A stretch of 64,000 bases of DNA, taken from positions 32,001 to 96,000 of the IMG/VR virus record IMGVR_UViG_3300014000_000001; one strand, 5' to 3'. The notes below the pieces were generated by a model that was not told the DNA's origin, did no database searches, and saw only the letters and a program-made list of their open reading frames with translations. The DNA is from a virus. Taxonomy: Duplodnaviria > Caudoviricetes. Each line of letters opens with the position of its first letter. Position 1 is the stretch's first letter. The translations under genes were made by a program, and so were the position numbers. Below are positions 27,827-39,006 of the stretch, piece by piece.

Positions 27827-30190
27827 TTATGCTGCTGGAGCTAAAAGACCTTGCATCGCAGTCAATTGATCAAGCGTGTAACCATGGACAGAATACGTAA
27901 GTTTAGTACGCATTGAACCAATTCCGATATGGAATTTAAGGTTACCAGAGTAATGACGTGCTTTGTCAGCTTCTGATAGATCAGCCACAGGAATGATACG
28001 AATGTCAGATGGGAACACACCAGTGATCAAACGCAATGCCTCAGTTTCTAGATCTTGTTTAAACTGAAGATCAGTTTTGTTTTCACCCGAAATAGAACGC
28101 CATACTTCCATACCGAAGTAGTGACACTTAGATGCCACCATCATGAAACGAGCACTCGCAAGTACTGAGTCTTTGTACGGATAAATGGTTTGCATTGCAG
28201 GCCAGAAATCATCAGAGGTGTCATGCGAACGAAGGAAGTTCATCCCAGCATCCCATGCCTGATCATAGCCTTCATCTTCACGCCAATGATAAACCATGTT
28301 CTTCAAGAACTGAGGTTTACGGTTATCGTTTTCAGTGAAGTCATTTGCTGGTTCCCAAGCCGTAACTTGAGTATAGCTGTTCATGGCAAGACCACGATCA
28401 TAAGAGCCAGGAAGCGGATGATTGTATTCTTCATCCACATCATCCCCACTACTACCACAAACAACCACACGCATTACTGGTGTGCCGAAGAAAGTAGATT
28501 CAGGGAACAAGCTGTAATGGGTTTTGATTTTGGTAGCAAGCGCAAGATCTTGATCGGCAGTAAGTTCATCTTGCCAATTCCAGTTATCAAGTAAGGTACT
28601 TGACATCTCTTTATTAGCATCAGTAACTTTACCACGATAAACAGGACCAATATCAACTGGCAACACACCCTTTTCAGCAACAGATTTCGTACCGATAACA
28701 AGCCATACATCTGGACGAGCTGTTAAAATAGCACTTGCTGCTAATTTGGTTTCCATTGACCAGCCAGAATCAATGAAGTTGGTGATTGGGTAACGTAAGA
28801 TGTCTTTTAAGGTATCTTCACCTTTACCGAAGTTAGTAAGGTTAGCACGCACCGCATCATCAAACACTTTAGCATTTAATAGTTCAGCAGGTGAACCATC
28901 AGCTAAATACCAAAGACCATCATCACCACCAGAAGCGTAATGTGTTGCAGTTTCATCAATGATGATACCACCGAACAACAATGAATCAGCAACACTTAAA
29001 GTGTAATATGGAACATTGTTAATGTCTTTAGCGGTTAAGAAGTTCAAGTAACCGTAGTTGTTTGAATTTCCGAAAGCAAAGTCAGCAGTACGACCATAAT
29101 CCATGGCATCTGCATCGTAGTCACGTTCACCTTTAATCGCGATATCGTTACCATCGCTATCAGTGTAAATATAACCTTCAGATAAAATTTGTTGAATTTC
29201 ATTCACATTCTTTTCATAAACGTGAACGTCCCCGAAAGGACCCCAAATCGGTGTAAGTTCTTTGGTTTCTTTACGAGAATAACTTTCAACAAAACGACGA
29301 GCTAAACTGATGTTCTTGCCCGTAATCACATCTGATGCACGTGACTTAAAGTATAAATCCTGAGTGTAGTCAGAATCTATTTTAGCCACAGGTGATGGAG
29401 TTGAATTTGCATCATCGCGTTCCATTACGGTAACACGTAATGGGAATGCGCGGTTCTTCACTACATTAGATGCATCCGCTGGATTGGCTTGCATCAGTGT
29501 AGGCACAGATAAACGTAACCCTAGGTTATCCCCATAGTTACCTTCTGAATCAACCAAGAAATCTGCAATCGGGAATAAACGTGATTTAGGATGTTCTTTA
29601 GATCCATCGGCGCGAGTGATTTCGCCAAGGAATTTATTACCAACGGTTACCGAACCATCACGGTAGTCATCAACAATATTACCCTGTTTGAATGTTTGAG
29701 CATCACCCAAATAACCACCAACACCAACATGCAATACTGCGCGTGTAGATTGGATTGTACCCAACACTACTGGAGTGCTAATCCCTGTACCCGAATCAGT
29801 CGTCATTTTAATTGTACCGTCTGAGTTTCGATCATACAACGGATTGTCCGATGCGATGAGCTCAACACTCAAACGTAGAAGTGCCTTTTTAGCATCTTCT
29901 GGAATAATACGCTTAACCAAAGACGGAACACCCAAAGAGGTATTCTTGGCGAGCAGTTTATTCGCGTGTGTGAAATAAGGAGAATCTTTTTGGAAACTTT
30001 CCGCACCATAAAGGACACTAGCACCAGTGGTACTAATGGTAGCTTTGCTACGCCCTTTTTTAGCGAGGATCGGAATGTACGATAACGTCATTGAAGAACG
30101 TTTCGGTTCCGCAGTTACAACGGTACGGCTGTTGTCCTGAGTTCCTTGAGAATATCCTCCTGGAGTAGAAGTTGTTGAAAAACTACTCAT
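27827..30190 (-). CDS. Tail sheath protein (phiKZ gp29-like, 787 aa)
   Basis: Motifs SGGDDG, YP....DSGWS..TK, PES.FFGTPV.R, FWPA.QTIY. Confidence 0.85.
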   Translation of the reverse strand: MSSFSTTSTPGGYSQGTQDNSRTVVTAEPKRSSMTLSYIPILAKKGRSKATISTTGASVLYGAESFQKDSPYFTHANKLLAKNTSLGVPSLVKRIIPEDAKKALLRLSVELIASDNPLYDRNSDGTIKMTTDSGTGISTPVVLGTIQSTRAVLHVGVGGYLGDAQTFKQGNIVDDYRDGSVTVGNKFLGEITRADGSKEHPKSRLFPIADFLVDSEGNYGDNLGLRLSVPTLMQANPADASNVVKNRAFPLRVTVMERDDANSTPSPVAKIDSDYTQDLYFKSRASDVITGKNISLARRFVESYSRKETKELTPIWGPFGDVHVYEKNVNEIQQILSEGYIYTDSDGNDIAIKGERDYDADAMDYGRTADFAFGNSNNYGYLNFLTAKDINNVPYYTLSVADSLLFGGIIIDETATHYASGGDDGLWYLADGSPAELLNAKVFDDAVRANLTNFGKGEDTLKDILRYPITNFIDSGWSMETKLAASAILTARPDVWLVIGTKSVAEKGVLPVDIGPVYRGKVTDANKEMSSTLLDNWNWQDELTADQDLALATKIKTHYSLFPESTFFGTPVMRVVVCGSSGDDVDEEYNHPLPGSYDRGLAMNSYTQVTAWEPANDFTENDNRKPQFLKNMVYHWREDEGYDQAWDAGMNFLRSHDTSDDFWPAMQTIYPYKDSVLASARFMMVASKCHYFGMEVWRSISGENKTDLQFKQDLETEALRLITGVFPSDIRIIPVADLSEADKARHYSGNLKFHIGIGSMRTKLTYSVHGYTLDQLTAMQGLLAPAA

Positions 30191-30301
30191 GTTTTCCTCC
30201 CGAAGTATTTTTTTGCAAAAAAATGCTGAATCGTATGTAATCTGTAATATATTACATATGTTACATCATATTATTATTAAGCTTATACTGGAGTTTTTGA
30301 G

Positions 30302-31195
30302 ATGCTAAATCAACCTCAAGAAGCCACTTCTTGCCGTTTTAATAAGATCGAATCTATTATTCGAGAGTTGGAACAATATAAACTTAGCTCAGACTCTAGC
30401 CAACTCGTTGGTTATAATAATGCGTTAGGGCATCCTTTATATGTTCTTGTGGCTGGAACTGGTTGTCGTGCAAAACCTTTTGGGTATCCCATTAAGGTTA
30501 ATTTCGGTGGAACTGATGCCTATGTAGTTGATGCTCGTACGGTAACTTCAGTATCAGGGATGTTTGGATTTAAAATCACTAATCCGTCTGATTATGAGTT
30601 GTTAGTTTTAATCGGATTGATGAGTGCTATCTGGGATTCTAGTGATCGCCGCTTAGTGGCTAACCTAGCTACCCAACTTTCACCAATATATGCAACATGG
30701 TTATCGTCTACTATTTCAGCGGCATTCAATTTACAAATTGATCAACGTACTGAAGTTTCAATTTTATCTGCTTATTATTTCTGGACTCAGTTAGATATCG
30801 AAGATAATGTAGATCGAATCGCATCACGGATTGCGGTGGATCTAAAACTCGAATTTGATCGAGTGATTGAAGTGGTTGAAAACGCTGGGGAAATTAAAGA
30901 CCTTGAAGGTTTCGTGAATGCGTTAAAAGCCTCGGCTGCTGGATTAAGGCTTGATAAAGTTGATGTTGCAACTATTTATCAGGTTAGTACGGGTGTGTGG
31001 ACTGGTGCGTTGGGTCGTTCAACAATGGAGATTGCAATTGAATTTCCTCCGTATATTGTTGCGCTAACGACACTTTCTTTAGCTGATAAGAGCTATCGTC
31101 GCACACGTTTTCATGAATACGTAACGTTGTTTGATCGTCGTCCTGAAATTAAACAACTTCCTGAATCAATTGCTCATTTAAGCAAGAAGTGGTAA
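30302..31195 (+). CDS. Virion protein, phiKZ gp28-like
   Basis: Divergent from the sheath; IAIEFPP motif; gene order. Confidence 0.65.
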   Translation: MLNQPQEATSCRFNKIESIIRELEQYKLSSDSSQLVGYNNALGHPLYVLVAGTGCRAKPFGYPIKVNFGGTDAYVVDARTVTSVSGMFGFKITNPSDYELLVLIGLMSAIWDSSDRRLVANLATQLSPIYATWLSSTISAAFNLQIDQRTEVSILSAYYFWTQLDIEDNVDRIASRIAVDLKLEFDRVIEVVENAGEIKDLEGFVNALKASAAGLRLDKVDVATIYQVSTGVWTGALGRSTMEIAIEFPPYIVALTTLSLADKSYRRTRFHEYVTLFDRRPEIKQLPESIAHLSKKW

Positions 31196-31209
31196 TGAGG
31201 AGATAACTC

Positions 31210-33939
31210 ATGGACTTCGTTGTTCAACATGCATTAGATAATGTTTGGGCCGAAGATATCCAAGATAAAGATTACTACATCAGACCAACGCGAATCACCC
31301 CTAACGGTGGTTCGCTCAAATATGCAGAAGTTGGAATGGTGAGTGTGGGTTTACCAAACGTCAACGTTATTGGTTCCAAAGTCTTTTATCATGTTTATCA
31401 TATCGGTCAGTTACCTCCTCAACTTTTAGGCATTGATATTGTTGAGAATCGTTGGATTACAATTGATGAAATAGCGGATAAACTTGAATGTTACGTTAAT
31501 GTCTTTTTAGATAATGGTTATGTTGTGCCTAGAAGTAAGTGTCATTTACTTAGAATGTGGCCTGGAAAAAACGTAATCATGGCAATCGAATATGTACCTC
31601 AATTCGATTTTGGTTATCAGCTTACAGTCGATGCTGGCACTAATGCTTCTAGACGAATACCTAACACCTTAAACAATCAAGATATCAACATTAGGTTCTA
31701 TACCAATGCTCGTTTCTTTGCCTCAGATCGAAGAGATAATGCAATCAATGCTGACAATCAGATGTACTTCCAAACAGAACCCTATACCAATGCAGTTCTA
31801 ACTAGAATTAAAAACAACAAAAACAATAAACAAGTTCCGCAAGGTTGGTTTGTTGCTGCTGGAAAGGTTTATAATTATGCAGCGATTGTAGATCAGTTTT
31901 TCAATCTGCAAAATCAGGAAATCTCAGTATATCGAGATGAGACAATTTTGGATATTGAATATTTTAAACTACAAGATATGGTTACCTTTATTTCTGATCG
32001 AAATAGAAATGTTAAGAAGTATCTTGTCAATTTAAACACCCCTGCGGGACAGTTGGTTTACCATAATGATGTTGAGTATTATTTAGGCACATACAAAGGT
32101 GGACAATTTAAAGGTCTATGTATCCCTGTCTTGCGCATTGATCCAATCACAACGATCACCAACAAAACCCATGCTATCCGTGCAGATGTAATCACTGATT
32201 TGATTAATAAGAATGATTGGTTACAAAATGACGATGTACATATTATGGCGGTCATTCGTCAAGGTGGGATGTTGCGTGGATTAATTCATCAGAACACTCG
32301 TATTGAGGAGTTATTTAAACTCCCTAACACTGTCGTGAATTCGGCCTTAACTGGGGTGAACGCATTGATGGATGAGTGGAAAGCAGCCAATCTTGAAAAA
32401 GATGATTATGCTCAAATAGTGGAAGCAAAACGAGCAGCTGTGGTTGATGATCTGGTTTTTAATGCTTACGGTTATAACGCTATAGCTCGCTACCATCACC
32501 CTAATCCGCTAACTGTTAGTAATTATACCACAGATGCAAATGGACAGAAATGGTATTCGGTTCAGTTATCTAATGTTGCATCAGAGAGAAACTCTTTGGT
32601 ATCAAGTTCGGATAATGTCATTGAAGTGATCGAATACGATGATAAAGGTTTGTTCATTGGACGTAAGCGTGTTCCTTACATGAATGCTGGGTTACTTGTT
32701 TCAGGTTATAGTGCAGCCCGACCTGTTAAGCTTATTGAACACTACATCAATAGTGTAAACGATACCACATTGAATTTAGGTGAAAACTTTGATAATGTGA
32801 TCACCGACAATGATCTTGGGTTATTTGGTTTTGCAGCTTACATCACAACCAGCAACACCTCCACTATCGCTCCTAAGTGGGTAGACGTTAGTCATCTAAA
32901 TACCTACTTTTATATTGATGATTATAAGCGAGCTGATGGTTCAGTGGTTAAACGCCTTACTTGGAATCTTGCCAACTTGCAAAACTTAGGTGCCCGTGGG
33001 ATGGTTCGAATAAACAACCGTAGCTGTTTTAAAACTTTCGATATTAAAAGCTTGATTAAGGGTGGTCGTAGTTTCCCAATATTGACTATCCCGAATAATA
33101 GCAATGGTAAAGTTCAAGTTGAACCAGGAACTATTGAGTTATGGATGGAGAATCGATTACTCATTGAAGACATTGATTATGTTGTTGCGTGGCCAAATAT
33201 TTATATTGGGCGACGTATTGAAAACATCAATACCGCAAAACTCAATGTTCGATTAAGTGGGCTTGCTAAACCTGAAACGTCCAAACATGATAAAGCTCGG
33301 GAAGTCGGATTTGTTCAGGGTGGTGTGTTATCGGTAAACAAACATTACGATATTCGAAATGACCGTAACATTCAGATCACAGTGGGTGGGGTGTTGAAGA
33401 CTCGCGATGAGGTAAGCTTCGAGGAAAAACCAACCACACCTTCCATTGTGGATGGGCAACCCTATCAGATTAAAGACTATATCACTCCTGTTGAGTTATT
33501 CACTAATCGGCGCACGATTATCGAGAAGGCTAAATCTGAAGATATTGATCAGCGAGTGATGGATTATCTTAATCAATATCTAACGGTTGCTGATGTTAAA
33601 AAACCAGTCATTACCAATACACGTTGGTTAATAGTATCTGTTTTTTTAGATGAAGTGATTGCCAGGCTTAAAGCAGGTTGGTTAGCGAATGAATTGAAAA
33701 CCATCTGGAACGTAAGTCAGATCGAATCTTGGATGAGTGATTTACGTTATCTACTTAATGTGGATGTTAGTTATTTTGATTCAACTGATTATAACTATAT
33801 TCGTTTAATTCCTCATGGGTTCGTAGGTTCGATTTCATTAACTGAAAGACAATACATGTTTTTAGAACAAGTGTGTGACCACTACCTTAAAGGTAAGGTA
33901 CAACTTAATCACTTGATCACTATTCAATTAGGAGTTTAG
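31210..33939 (+). CDS. Virion/baseplate protein, phiKZ gp27-like (909 aa)
   Basis: HAL.NVW start; W.A.NLE and AYGYNA motifs; gene order. Confidence 0.7.
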   Translation: MDFVVQHALDNVWAEDIQDKDYYIRPTRITPNGGSLKYAEVGMVSVGLPNVNVIGSKVFYHVYHIGQLPPQLLGIDIVENRWITIDEIADKLECYVNVFLDNGYVVPRSKCHLLRMWPGKNVIMAIEYVPQFDFGYQLTVDAGTNASRRIPNTLNNQDINIRFYTNARFFASDRRDNAINADNQMYFQTEPYTNAVLTRIKNNKNNKQVPQGWFVAAGKVYNYAAIVDQFFNLQNQEISVYRDETILDIEYFKLQDMVTFISDRNRNVKKYLVNLNTPAGQLVYHNDVEYYLGTYKGGQFKGLCIPVLRIDPITTITNKTHAIRADVITDLINKNDWLQNDDVHIMAVIRQGGMLRGLIHQNTRIEELFKLPNTVVNSALTGVNALMDEWKAANLEKDDYAQIVEAKRAAVVDDLVFNAYGYNAIARYHHPNPLTVSNYTTDANGQKWYSVQLSNVASERNSLVSSSDNVIEVIEYDDKGLFIGRKRVPYMNAGLLVSGYSAARPVKLIEHYINSVNDTTLNLGENFDNVITDNDLGLFGFAAYITTSNTSTIAPKWVDVSHLNTYFYIDDYKRADGSVVKRLTWNLANLQNLGARGMVRINNRSCFKTFDIKSLIKGGRSFPILTIPNNSNGKVQVEPGTIELWMENRLLIEDIDYVVAWPNIYIGRRIENINTAKLNVRLSGLAKPETSKHDKAREVGFVQGGVLSVNKHYDIRNDRNIQITVGGVLKTRDEVSFEEKPTTPSIVDGQPYQIKDYITPVELFTNRRTIIEKAKSEDIDQRVMDYLNQYLTVADVKKPVITNTRWLIVSVFLDEVIARLKAGWLANELKTIWNVSQIESWMSDLRYLLNVDVSYFDSTDYNYIRLIPHGFVGSISLTERQYMFLEQVCDHYLKGKVQLNHLITIQLGV

Positions 33940-33942
33940 TCA

Positions 33943-35628
33943 ATGGCAGCGACTACCGTCATTCCGATTCTCATTAGCGATTATGATCGCGAGGTTGGAA
34001 ATAAGCTTTGGCATTGGGAACAAATTTATCGTGGTTCCAATCTAGAGATTTATGATAATAAAAGTATTCTAAAGCGTTATGTTCCAGAAGTGGGTGATAT
34101 TGTCATGCATCCTACCAATGGGGATTGGATTGTTCAATCGGTTTCTGAAAACTATATTCCGACGATGACTCCAAGAACGATTGTGGATAATGATAGTGAT
34201 GTGAACGATAATATTGTTGTTCCTTCATCTAGTTACTCTCGACGTGCAGATGCAATTCATGTCGATAATACCAGTACTCCAATTCGTTTTTATATCAATA
34301 GCCGAATTTGGTTTAACGGTTCTCAAGCTTCTCATTACAAGATCTTTTTAGGTACACGTATTGGAGATGGAGGCAATTCAATTGGTGCCGTCTACAACGC
34401 TAACCACCAAATTGTTTCTGATAACATTGAACTTGAGTTAGCTGCATTTGATCGCGATGTAACCAACCTCACTGTTAAATCACCTAAGTCGGGATATCTA
34501 CGTGAACTCCCACCTGAGGGCGAGTTGGTCACTGTTGTAGCTTACGCAAATGATGGTCGTCAGCTAGATGCGCAGGTATTGGTCGTCACTTACGAAAATA
34601 TTATTGCGTCTAATAAGGCAGTTAAGTTCATTGCAGACATCAGCTTAGATACTCCATATTTAAGCGAAGATGATTCAAGTGTCGTTGAGATTCCAAGAAA
34701 CATGAATCTAGAATCTCTAGCTTTCTTTGGTATTGCAACTTACAATGACGGTTCCCCATCTCAACGTTATCCTGTTAATGGTACTAAGTTTTCACTATTC
34801 GGTGCTGAAGCTTACACTGCGTCGGTAGATATGAGTAGCGTTGGTGTGGTACTCTCGTATGCCCTTGGTGATGATGAATCTGCTGTAGATACTACAGGTT
34901 TAGTTACACGGAGTAAGACCAAGAGTTACCGAATCAAAACCTTACCTTCAGATGCGGCGTATTCTGTTAAGTTATTTGTACTTCCTTATTGGAATGCCCA
35001 GATTGCAAAATGGCAACTACGTTATGTACTTTACGATATGCGTCGCTCAATTAATATTGATGTGACTGATTTGGTTGAGGTTAACCAAGCCTATAAGTTT
35101 AATCCTGACTTGTATAATCAGAAACAAACCATTAAGGTTGCAATCAATCTACAGAACGTTGGTGCTGAATACACATTCTATCGTCCAGTACAAAGTTTCT
35201 ACATCACATTACTTAAGCCTGGAGAAACGCCGAATCAAGCCGCGTACTATCTCCTTAGTTATTCCAGTGATGTAACGATTGGTAGTACTCTGATCGCTCA
35301 ACGTCGCCAAAGCAGTGGTACTATGTCTTTGGATCTAAGCTGTGGTGCAACTTCAGTAGAGGATTACCTTGCTAAGATCTACAAGAACATCGAAGTACTT
35401 TATACTCCAGATGTAGCTGCTCCACCTAATCCAACCAAATTCCGTTTGAAACTTTACGGTACAAACGTTGTCAATGTTTACCCAATTGATAAAATTGTAA
35501 CTGGGGTTTCTGGGCTTGTGGGTTCTTGGGCTCAAGGACAAACGGCAGTAGTCGAATTCTTTGCTGAATCAGCAGGTCAGGCATTAGAGTTAGGAATGCT
35601 TGCTTATCCGATTAACGTTATCAACTAA
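33943..35628 (+). CDS. Virion/baseplate protein, phiKZ gp26-like (561 aa)
   Basis: YVP.VGD and AYSVKLFV.P.W motifs; precedes the terminase. Confidence 0.7.
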   Translation: MAATTVIPILISDYDREVGNKLWHWEQIYRGSNLEIYDNKSILKRYVPEVGDIVMHPTNGDWIVQSVSENYIPTMTPRTIVDNDSDVNDNIVVPSSSYSRRADAIHVDNTSTPIRFYINSRIWFNGSQASHYKIFLGTRIGDGGNSIGAVYNANHQIVSDNIELELAAFDRDVTNLTVKSPKSGYLRELPPEGELVTVVAYANDGRQLDAQVLVVTYENIIASNKAVKFIADISLDTPYLSEDDSSVVEIPRNMNLESLAFFGIATYNDGSPSQRYPVNGTKFSLFGAEAYTASVDMSSVGVVLSYALGDDESAVDTTGLVTRSKTKSYRIKTLPSDAAYSVKLFVLPYWNAQIAKWQLRYVLYDMRRSINIDVTDLVEVNQAYKFNPDLYNQKQTIKVAINLQNVGAEYTFYRPVQSFYITLLKPGETPNQAAYYLLSYSSDVTIGSTLIAQRRQSSGTMSLDLSCGATSVEDYLAKIYKNIEVLYTPDVAAPPNPTKFRLKLYGTNVVNVYPIDKIVTGVSGLVGSWAQGQTAVVEFFAESAGQALELGMLAYPINVIN

Positions 35629-35633
35629 TAACC

Positions 35634-35667
35634 TTCATCAGAGTTAGGATATCCTAACTCTGATGAA
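35634..35667. repeat. 34-bp perfect palindrome at the start of the terminase gene
   Basis: TTCATCAGAGTTAGGATATCCTAACTCTGATGAA. Confidence 0.9.
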
Positions 35668-37846
35668 CCCAATAGGTATTACCATGATTCTATTTATGGA
35701 TGATTGGAAAAAATATCCAGATGCAATTGTAGATACCAAAACCAATAATCGATCCTATCTACGTCTTGCAAAAATGCTTCAACACATGAAGGTGAAGAAC
35801 TGCGTATTTCATCTTGCGCTATTACAACCTGAGCTGCAAGGGGTTGATCCATTTGACCCTAATCTCACCATTGATCAAGTGGTGATGATCAAAGAAGAAA
35901 GCATAAAAAATCCTTGGTATTTTTTCCGTGAAGTTATTCGTCTCCCACCAGCATCTGGTGAGGATTCGGTTTATTTCGATATTAACCGCGGTGCTTTAGC
36001 GGCGTGGTGGTGTTATTTATCTCATCAAGATTATAACTTAACGATGCCTCGACAAACAGGTAAATCAACCTCAACGAACGTCTTATTGGTATGGTTGTTA
36101 TTTGTGGTTTATCGCAAGACTCGTGTCTTCTTGTTAACTAAAGATAATACCCTACGTACAGAGAACGTTGAACAAATTAAGAAGATTCAAGATCTTCTAC
36201 CATCGTACATGAATCCAAAGACTCGCGAGGATTTAAGTAACACCCAAACCATCACTTGTGCGAAATATGGTAATCGCTTATTCACAGGGGTACCACAAAA
36301 CTCTGAAGCCGATGCCAACAAGATGGGTCGTGGTTTAACTTGTGCGACTTACGTGACAGACGAAGGACCCTTTATTAAGTACCTTGAGAAGTCTTTACGT
36401 TCAATGCTTGCAGGTGGTACCAAAGCCATGCCAATGGCTGCTAAGAATGGATTACCTTATGGTGCGATCTATACCACTACTGCGGGTTCTAAAGCAGATG
36501 TGGATGGCGCGTACTATTATCGCATGATCATGGGTGGAGTCCCTTGGGATGAATCTTATTTCGATCTTAAAGATGATGTAAGTCTTCGTGATACGATTAA
36601 GAAGAACAAACGCGGCGTTCAATCAATTGTTAATATCACCATGAGTCACTTGCAGTTAGGTTATGATGATGAATGGTTAAAGGCTGCAATTGAACGTACG
36701 GGTGTAACTGGAGACGATGCAAACAAGGACTTCTTTAATGTGTGGTCTGACGGTTCAATGGAATCTCCTTTAGCCAAAGTATTGACCAACTTGATTCGTG
36801 CTTCTGAGCAGGAACCTGATTACATTGAATTCACCAAAGACAACTACGCAATCAATTGGTATATTCCAAGAGACAGTATAGAACGTCGTATGGCGGATGG
36901 GAAATACATTATCGGACTCGATCCATCACCTGTGATTGGTAAGGATGGTATTGGTATGTTCATGATTGATTCTAAAACCATGGAAACCATCGCTACCGTT
37001 GCGGTGAATGAAACCAACATCTTGAAGTTTGTGGATTGGTTATGCTCGTTCATGCTTAAATACGAGAACACGATCATCATTCCAGAACGTCGTGGAGGTG
37101 GTGAACATATCATTGCTGGTTTATTGATTGCCTTTACTGCTAAGCGTATCGATCCATTTAAACGGATTTATAACGTAGTTGTGAATAAAGGAGAACATAC
37201 TGATCCAGAAGGTAAGCGTTTAATCAATGATGTTCGTAATCGTCCAGATGCTGCAGATAAAGCAGTTAAGTATTTTGGATTTGCAACATCAGGTTCAGGT
37301 ACACACTCGCGTGAAGGATTGTACGATATGTTGACACGTGCTGCGAGTTACTCTGGACCAATATTGAAAGATAAACAAACCATTACTGAAGTATTAAGTT
37401 TAAGTAAGCGTAAAGGTCGCATTGATCACAGCATACTTGGACATGATGACTGCGTAATTGCGTGGTTACTCACTGTATGGTTCTTAACGAATGCACGTAA
37501 TTTAGATTACTACGGTGTTCACTATCCGATGTTTGAAGCTATTGATCATGTAGCTAGAATGCGTGTAACCAATCAAACTGCCGATAATGTCCTTGCACAG
37601 GATGTATTTAAAAAGGCTGCTGAACAAAAACGTATCCGCGATAAGATCAATGAGTATTTAGACTTAATTAAATCCACCTCTGATGAAATTCTCATCTTAC
37701 GTTATGAAGCTATGTTGAATCGTTTAGATGGTCAATATGAACGTGAAGACAATGAAGTACGTTCTATGGCTGAACTTATTATTCAAGCGAAAGAAGAGAA
37801 GAGAAACAAAAACAATAAATATGGGGGTTTGAAGAAGGCGGGGTAA
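35663..37846 (+). CDS. terL: Terminase large subunit (start may be 35684, MILF)
   Basis: NPWYFFRE, Walker A PRQTGKS, Walker B VTDEG, motif III TTTAG, nuclease GLDP and HDD. Confidence 0.95.
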   Translation: MNPIGITMILFMDDWKKYPDAIVDTKTNNRSYLRLAKMLQHMKVKNCVFHLALLQPELQGVDPFDPNLTIDQVVMIKEESIKNPWYFFREVIRLPPASGEDSVYFDINRGALAAWWCYLSHQDYNLTMPRQTGKSTSTNVLLVWLLFVVYRKTRVFLLTKDNTLRTENVEQIKKIQDLLPSYMNPKTREDLSNTQTITCAKYGNRLFTGVPQNSEADANKMGRGLTCATYVTDEGPFIKYLEKSLRSMLAGGTKAMPMAAKNGLPYGAIYTTTAGSKADVDGAYYYRMIMGGVPWDESYFDLKDDVSLRDTIKKNKRGVQSIVNITMSHLQLGYDDEWLKAAIERTGVTGDDANKDFFNVWSDGSMESPLAKVLTNLIRASEQEPDYIEFTKDNYAINWYIPRDSIERRMADGKYIIGLDPSPVIGKDGIGMFMIDSKTMETIATVAVNETNILKFVDWLCSFMLKYENTIIIPERRGGGEHIIAGLLIAFTAKRIDPFKRIYNVVVNKGEHTDPEGKRLINDVRNRPDAADKAVKYFGFATSGSGTHSREGLYDMLTRAASYSGPILKDKQTITEVLSLSKRKGRIDHSILGHDDCVIAWLLTVWFLTNARNLDYYGVHYPMFEAIDHVARMRVTNQTADNVLAQDVFKKAAEQKRIRDKINEYLDLIKSTSDEILILRYEAMLNRLDGQYEREDNEVRSMAELIIQAKEEKRNKNNKYGGLKKAG

Positions 37847-37852
37847 AAGCCA

Positions 37853-38242
37853 ATGGGCAGTTTAATCTTGCGGGTGATGATGCACTTTTGGAACATCATC
37901 AATATTTACCAAAGACCAGTTGTTTATCAACAAACTGTCACCAACAACAGATACATGAGCCATAAGCGTGAGCTTGATAATGTGACTCATGTATTTGATG
38001 TTAAGCAGCTAAAAATATCACGCACACCGCGTAAACCTTTCAGAGCTAAAGCGGTTTATAGTTATGAGGTTTCGCGCTATACATTCAGAGAAGGGGAATT
38101 CATTGATAAACACACAGTAAGAATGCCAGAACTATGTCTCTTCCTGTTTAGAAATACGAAAATCCCGCATGTATTAGCGATAAATGCTTTTTTAAATATT
38201 GAGCAAAATGATGCAGGGGGTTTAGATGAAGCAAAGAATTAG
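37853..38242 (+). CDS. Hypothetical protein (129 aa)
   Basis: ORF contiguous with terL. Confidence 0.6.
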   Translation: MGSLILRVMMHFWNIINIYQRPVVYQQTVTNNRYMSHKRELDNVTHVFDVKQLKISRTPRKPFRAKAVYSYEVSRYTFREGEFIDKHTVRMPELCLFLFRNTKIPHVLAINAFLNIEQNDAGGLDEAKN

Positions 38243-38885
38243 GATAGATGGGGAATATATTTATCTTGCTTTAACTGAAGCAGAGTTACGTAGTGTGCTT
38301 GAAGACATGGTTGAATGTGGAGATCTTCTTTCTCCACAAATTGAGATCGTGGATAATTGCGTACGTTTTAGGGATGCAGACATTAAGATGATGCAACCTG
38401 AATTGTTTTTTGGTAAAGCAGAACCACACATTAAAATGGATATGAAGTTATGGAAGACTGCTGCGATATTTAATGTGGTCATGTTATTTTTATTTATGTT
38501 GATCTATTATTTCTCCGCAGGTAATTTAGATATTGGTCACCGATGGTTGATCTTCTGTGGGGTAATGTGCGTTGCTAACAGTTGTGTGTATTTGTATTTA
38601 GATGGAGAGAATAAGGAACGTCATCGTAAAGCGTTGTATGCTAAAGCTAGGTTAGTAAGTTATTTTAACGCTACTGTGCAAATGGATATGACCACCTCTA
38701 ATAGCCGCTTAGATCGCTCTAGAGTGCGATTAGAAAAAGAGTATGAGATTGTCAAGCAAATGTTTCAAACCTTGTTAGAACAACAACCTAGTGAGGTTAA
38801 AGCACGATACAAAGATAACCTCTATCCAGATGGTGATCCTGTTTACGAAAAGACTGATGACATAAAACCAAAGAACCTCTCCTAG
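38226..38885 (+). CDS. Membrane protein with two predicted TM helices (219 aa)
   Basis: Hydrophobic segments AAIFNVVMLFLFMLIYYF and WLIFCGVMCVANSCVYLYL. Confidence 0.7.
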   Translation: MKQRIRIDGEYIYLALTEAELRSVLEDMVECGDLLSPQIEIVDNCVRFRDADIKMMQPELFFGKAEPHIKMDMKLWKTAAIFNVVMLFLFMLIYYFSAGNLDIGHRWLIFCGVMCVANSCVYLYLDGENKERHRKALYAKARLVSYFNATVQMDMTTSNSRLDRSRVRLEKEYEIVKQMFQTLLEQQPSEVKARYKDNLYPDGDPVYEKTDDIKPKNLS

Positions 38886-38897
38886 GAGAGGTTCTTT
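38870..38897. terminator. 28-bp palindromic terminator
   Basis: AAAGAACCTCTCCTAGGAGAGGTTCTTT then TATGC. Confidence 0.8.
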
Positions 38898-38928
38898 CCT
38901 TATGCAGCTTTTCATTAATCTCAATTTA

Positions 38929-38954
38929 TTTCAGATATATATTATCTAGGTGAA
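38929..38954 (+). promoter_or_regulatory. Putative early promoter (consensus-like copy)
   Basis: TTTCAGATATATATTATCTAGGTGAA. Confidence 0.75.
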
Positions 38955-39006
38955 TCAAGTAGATCTATCTTCTACTTAAAACTTATATATTACAGAGGTA
39001 ATTATC

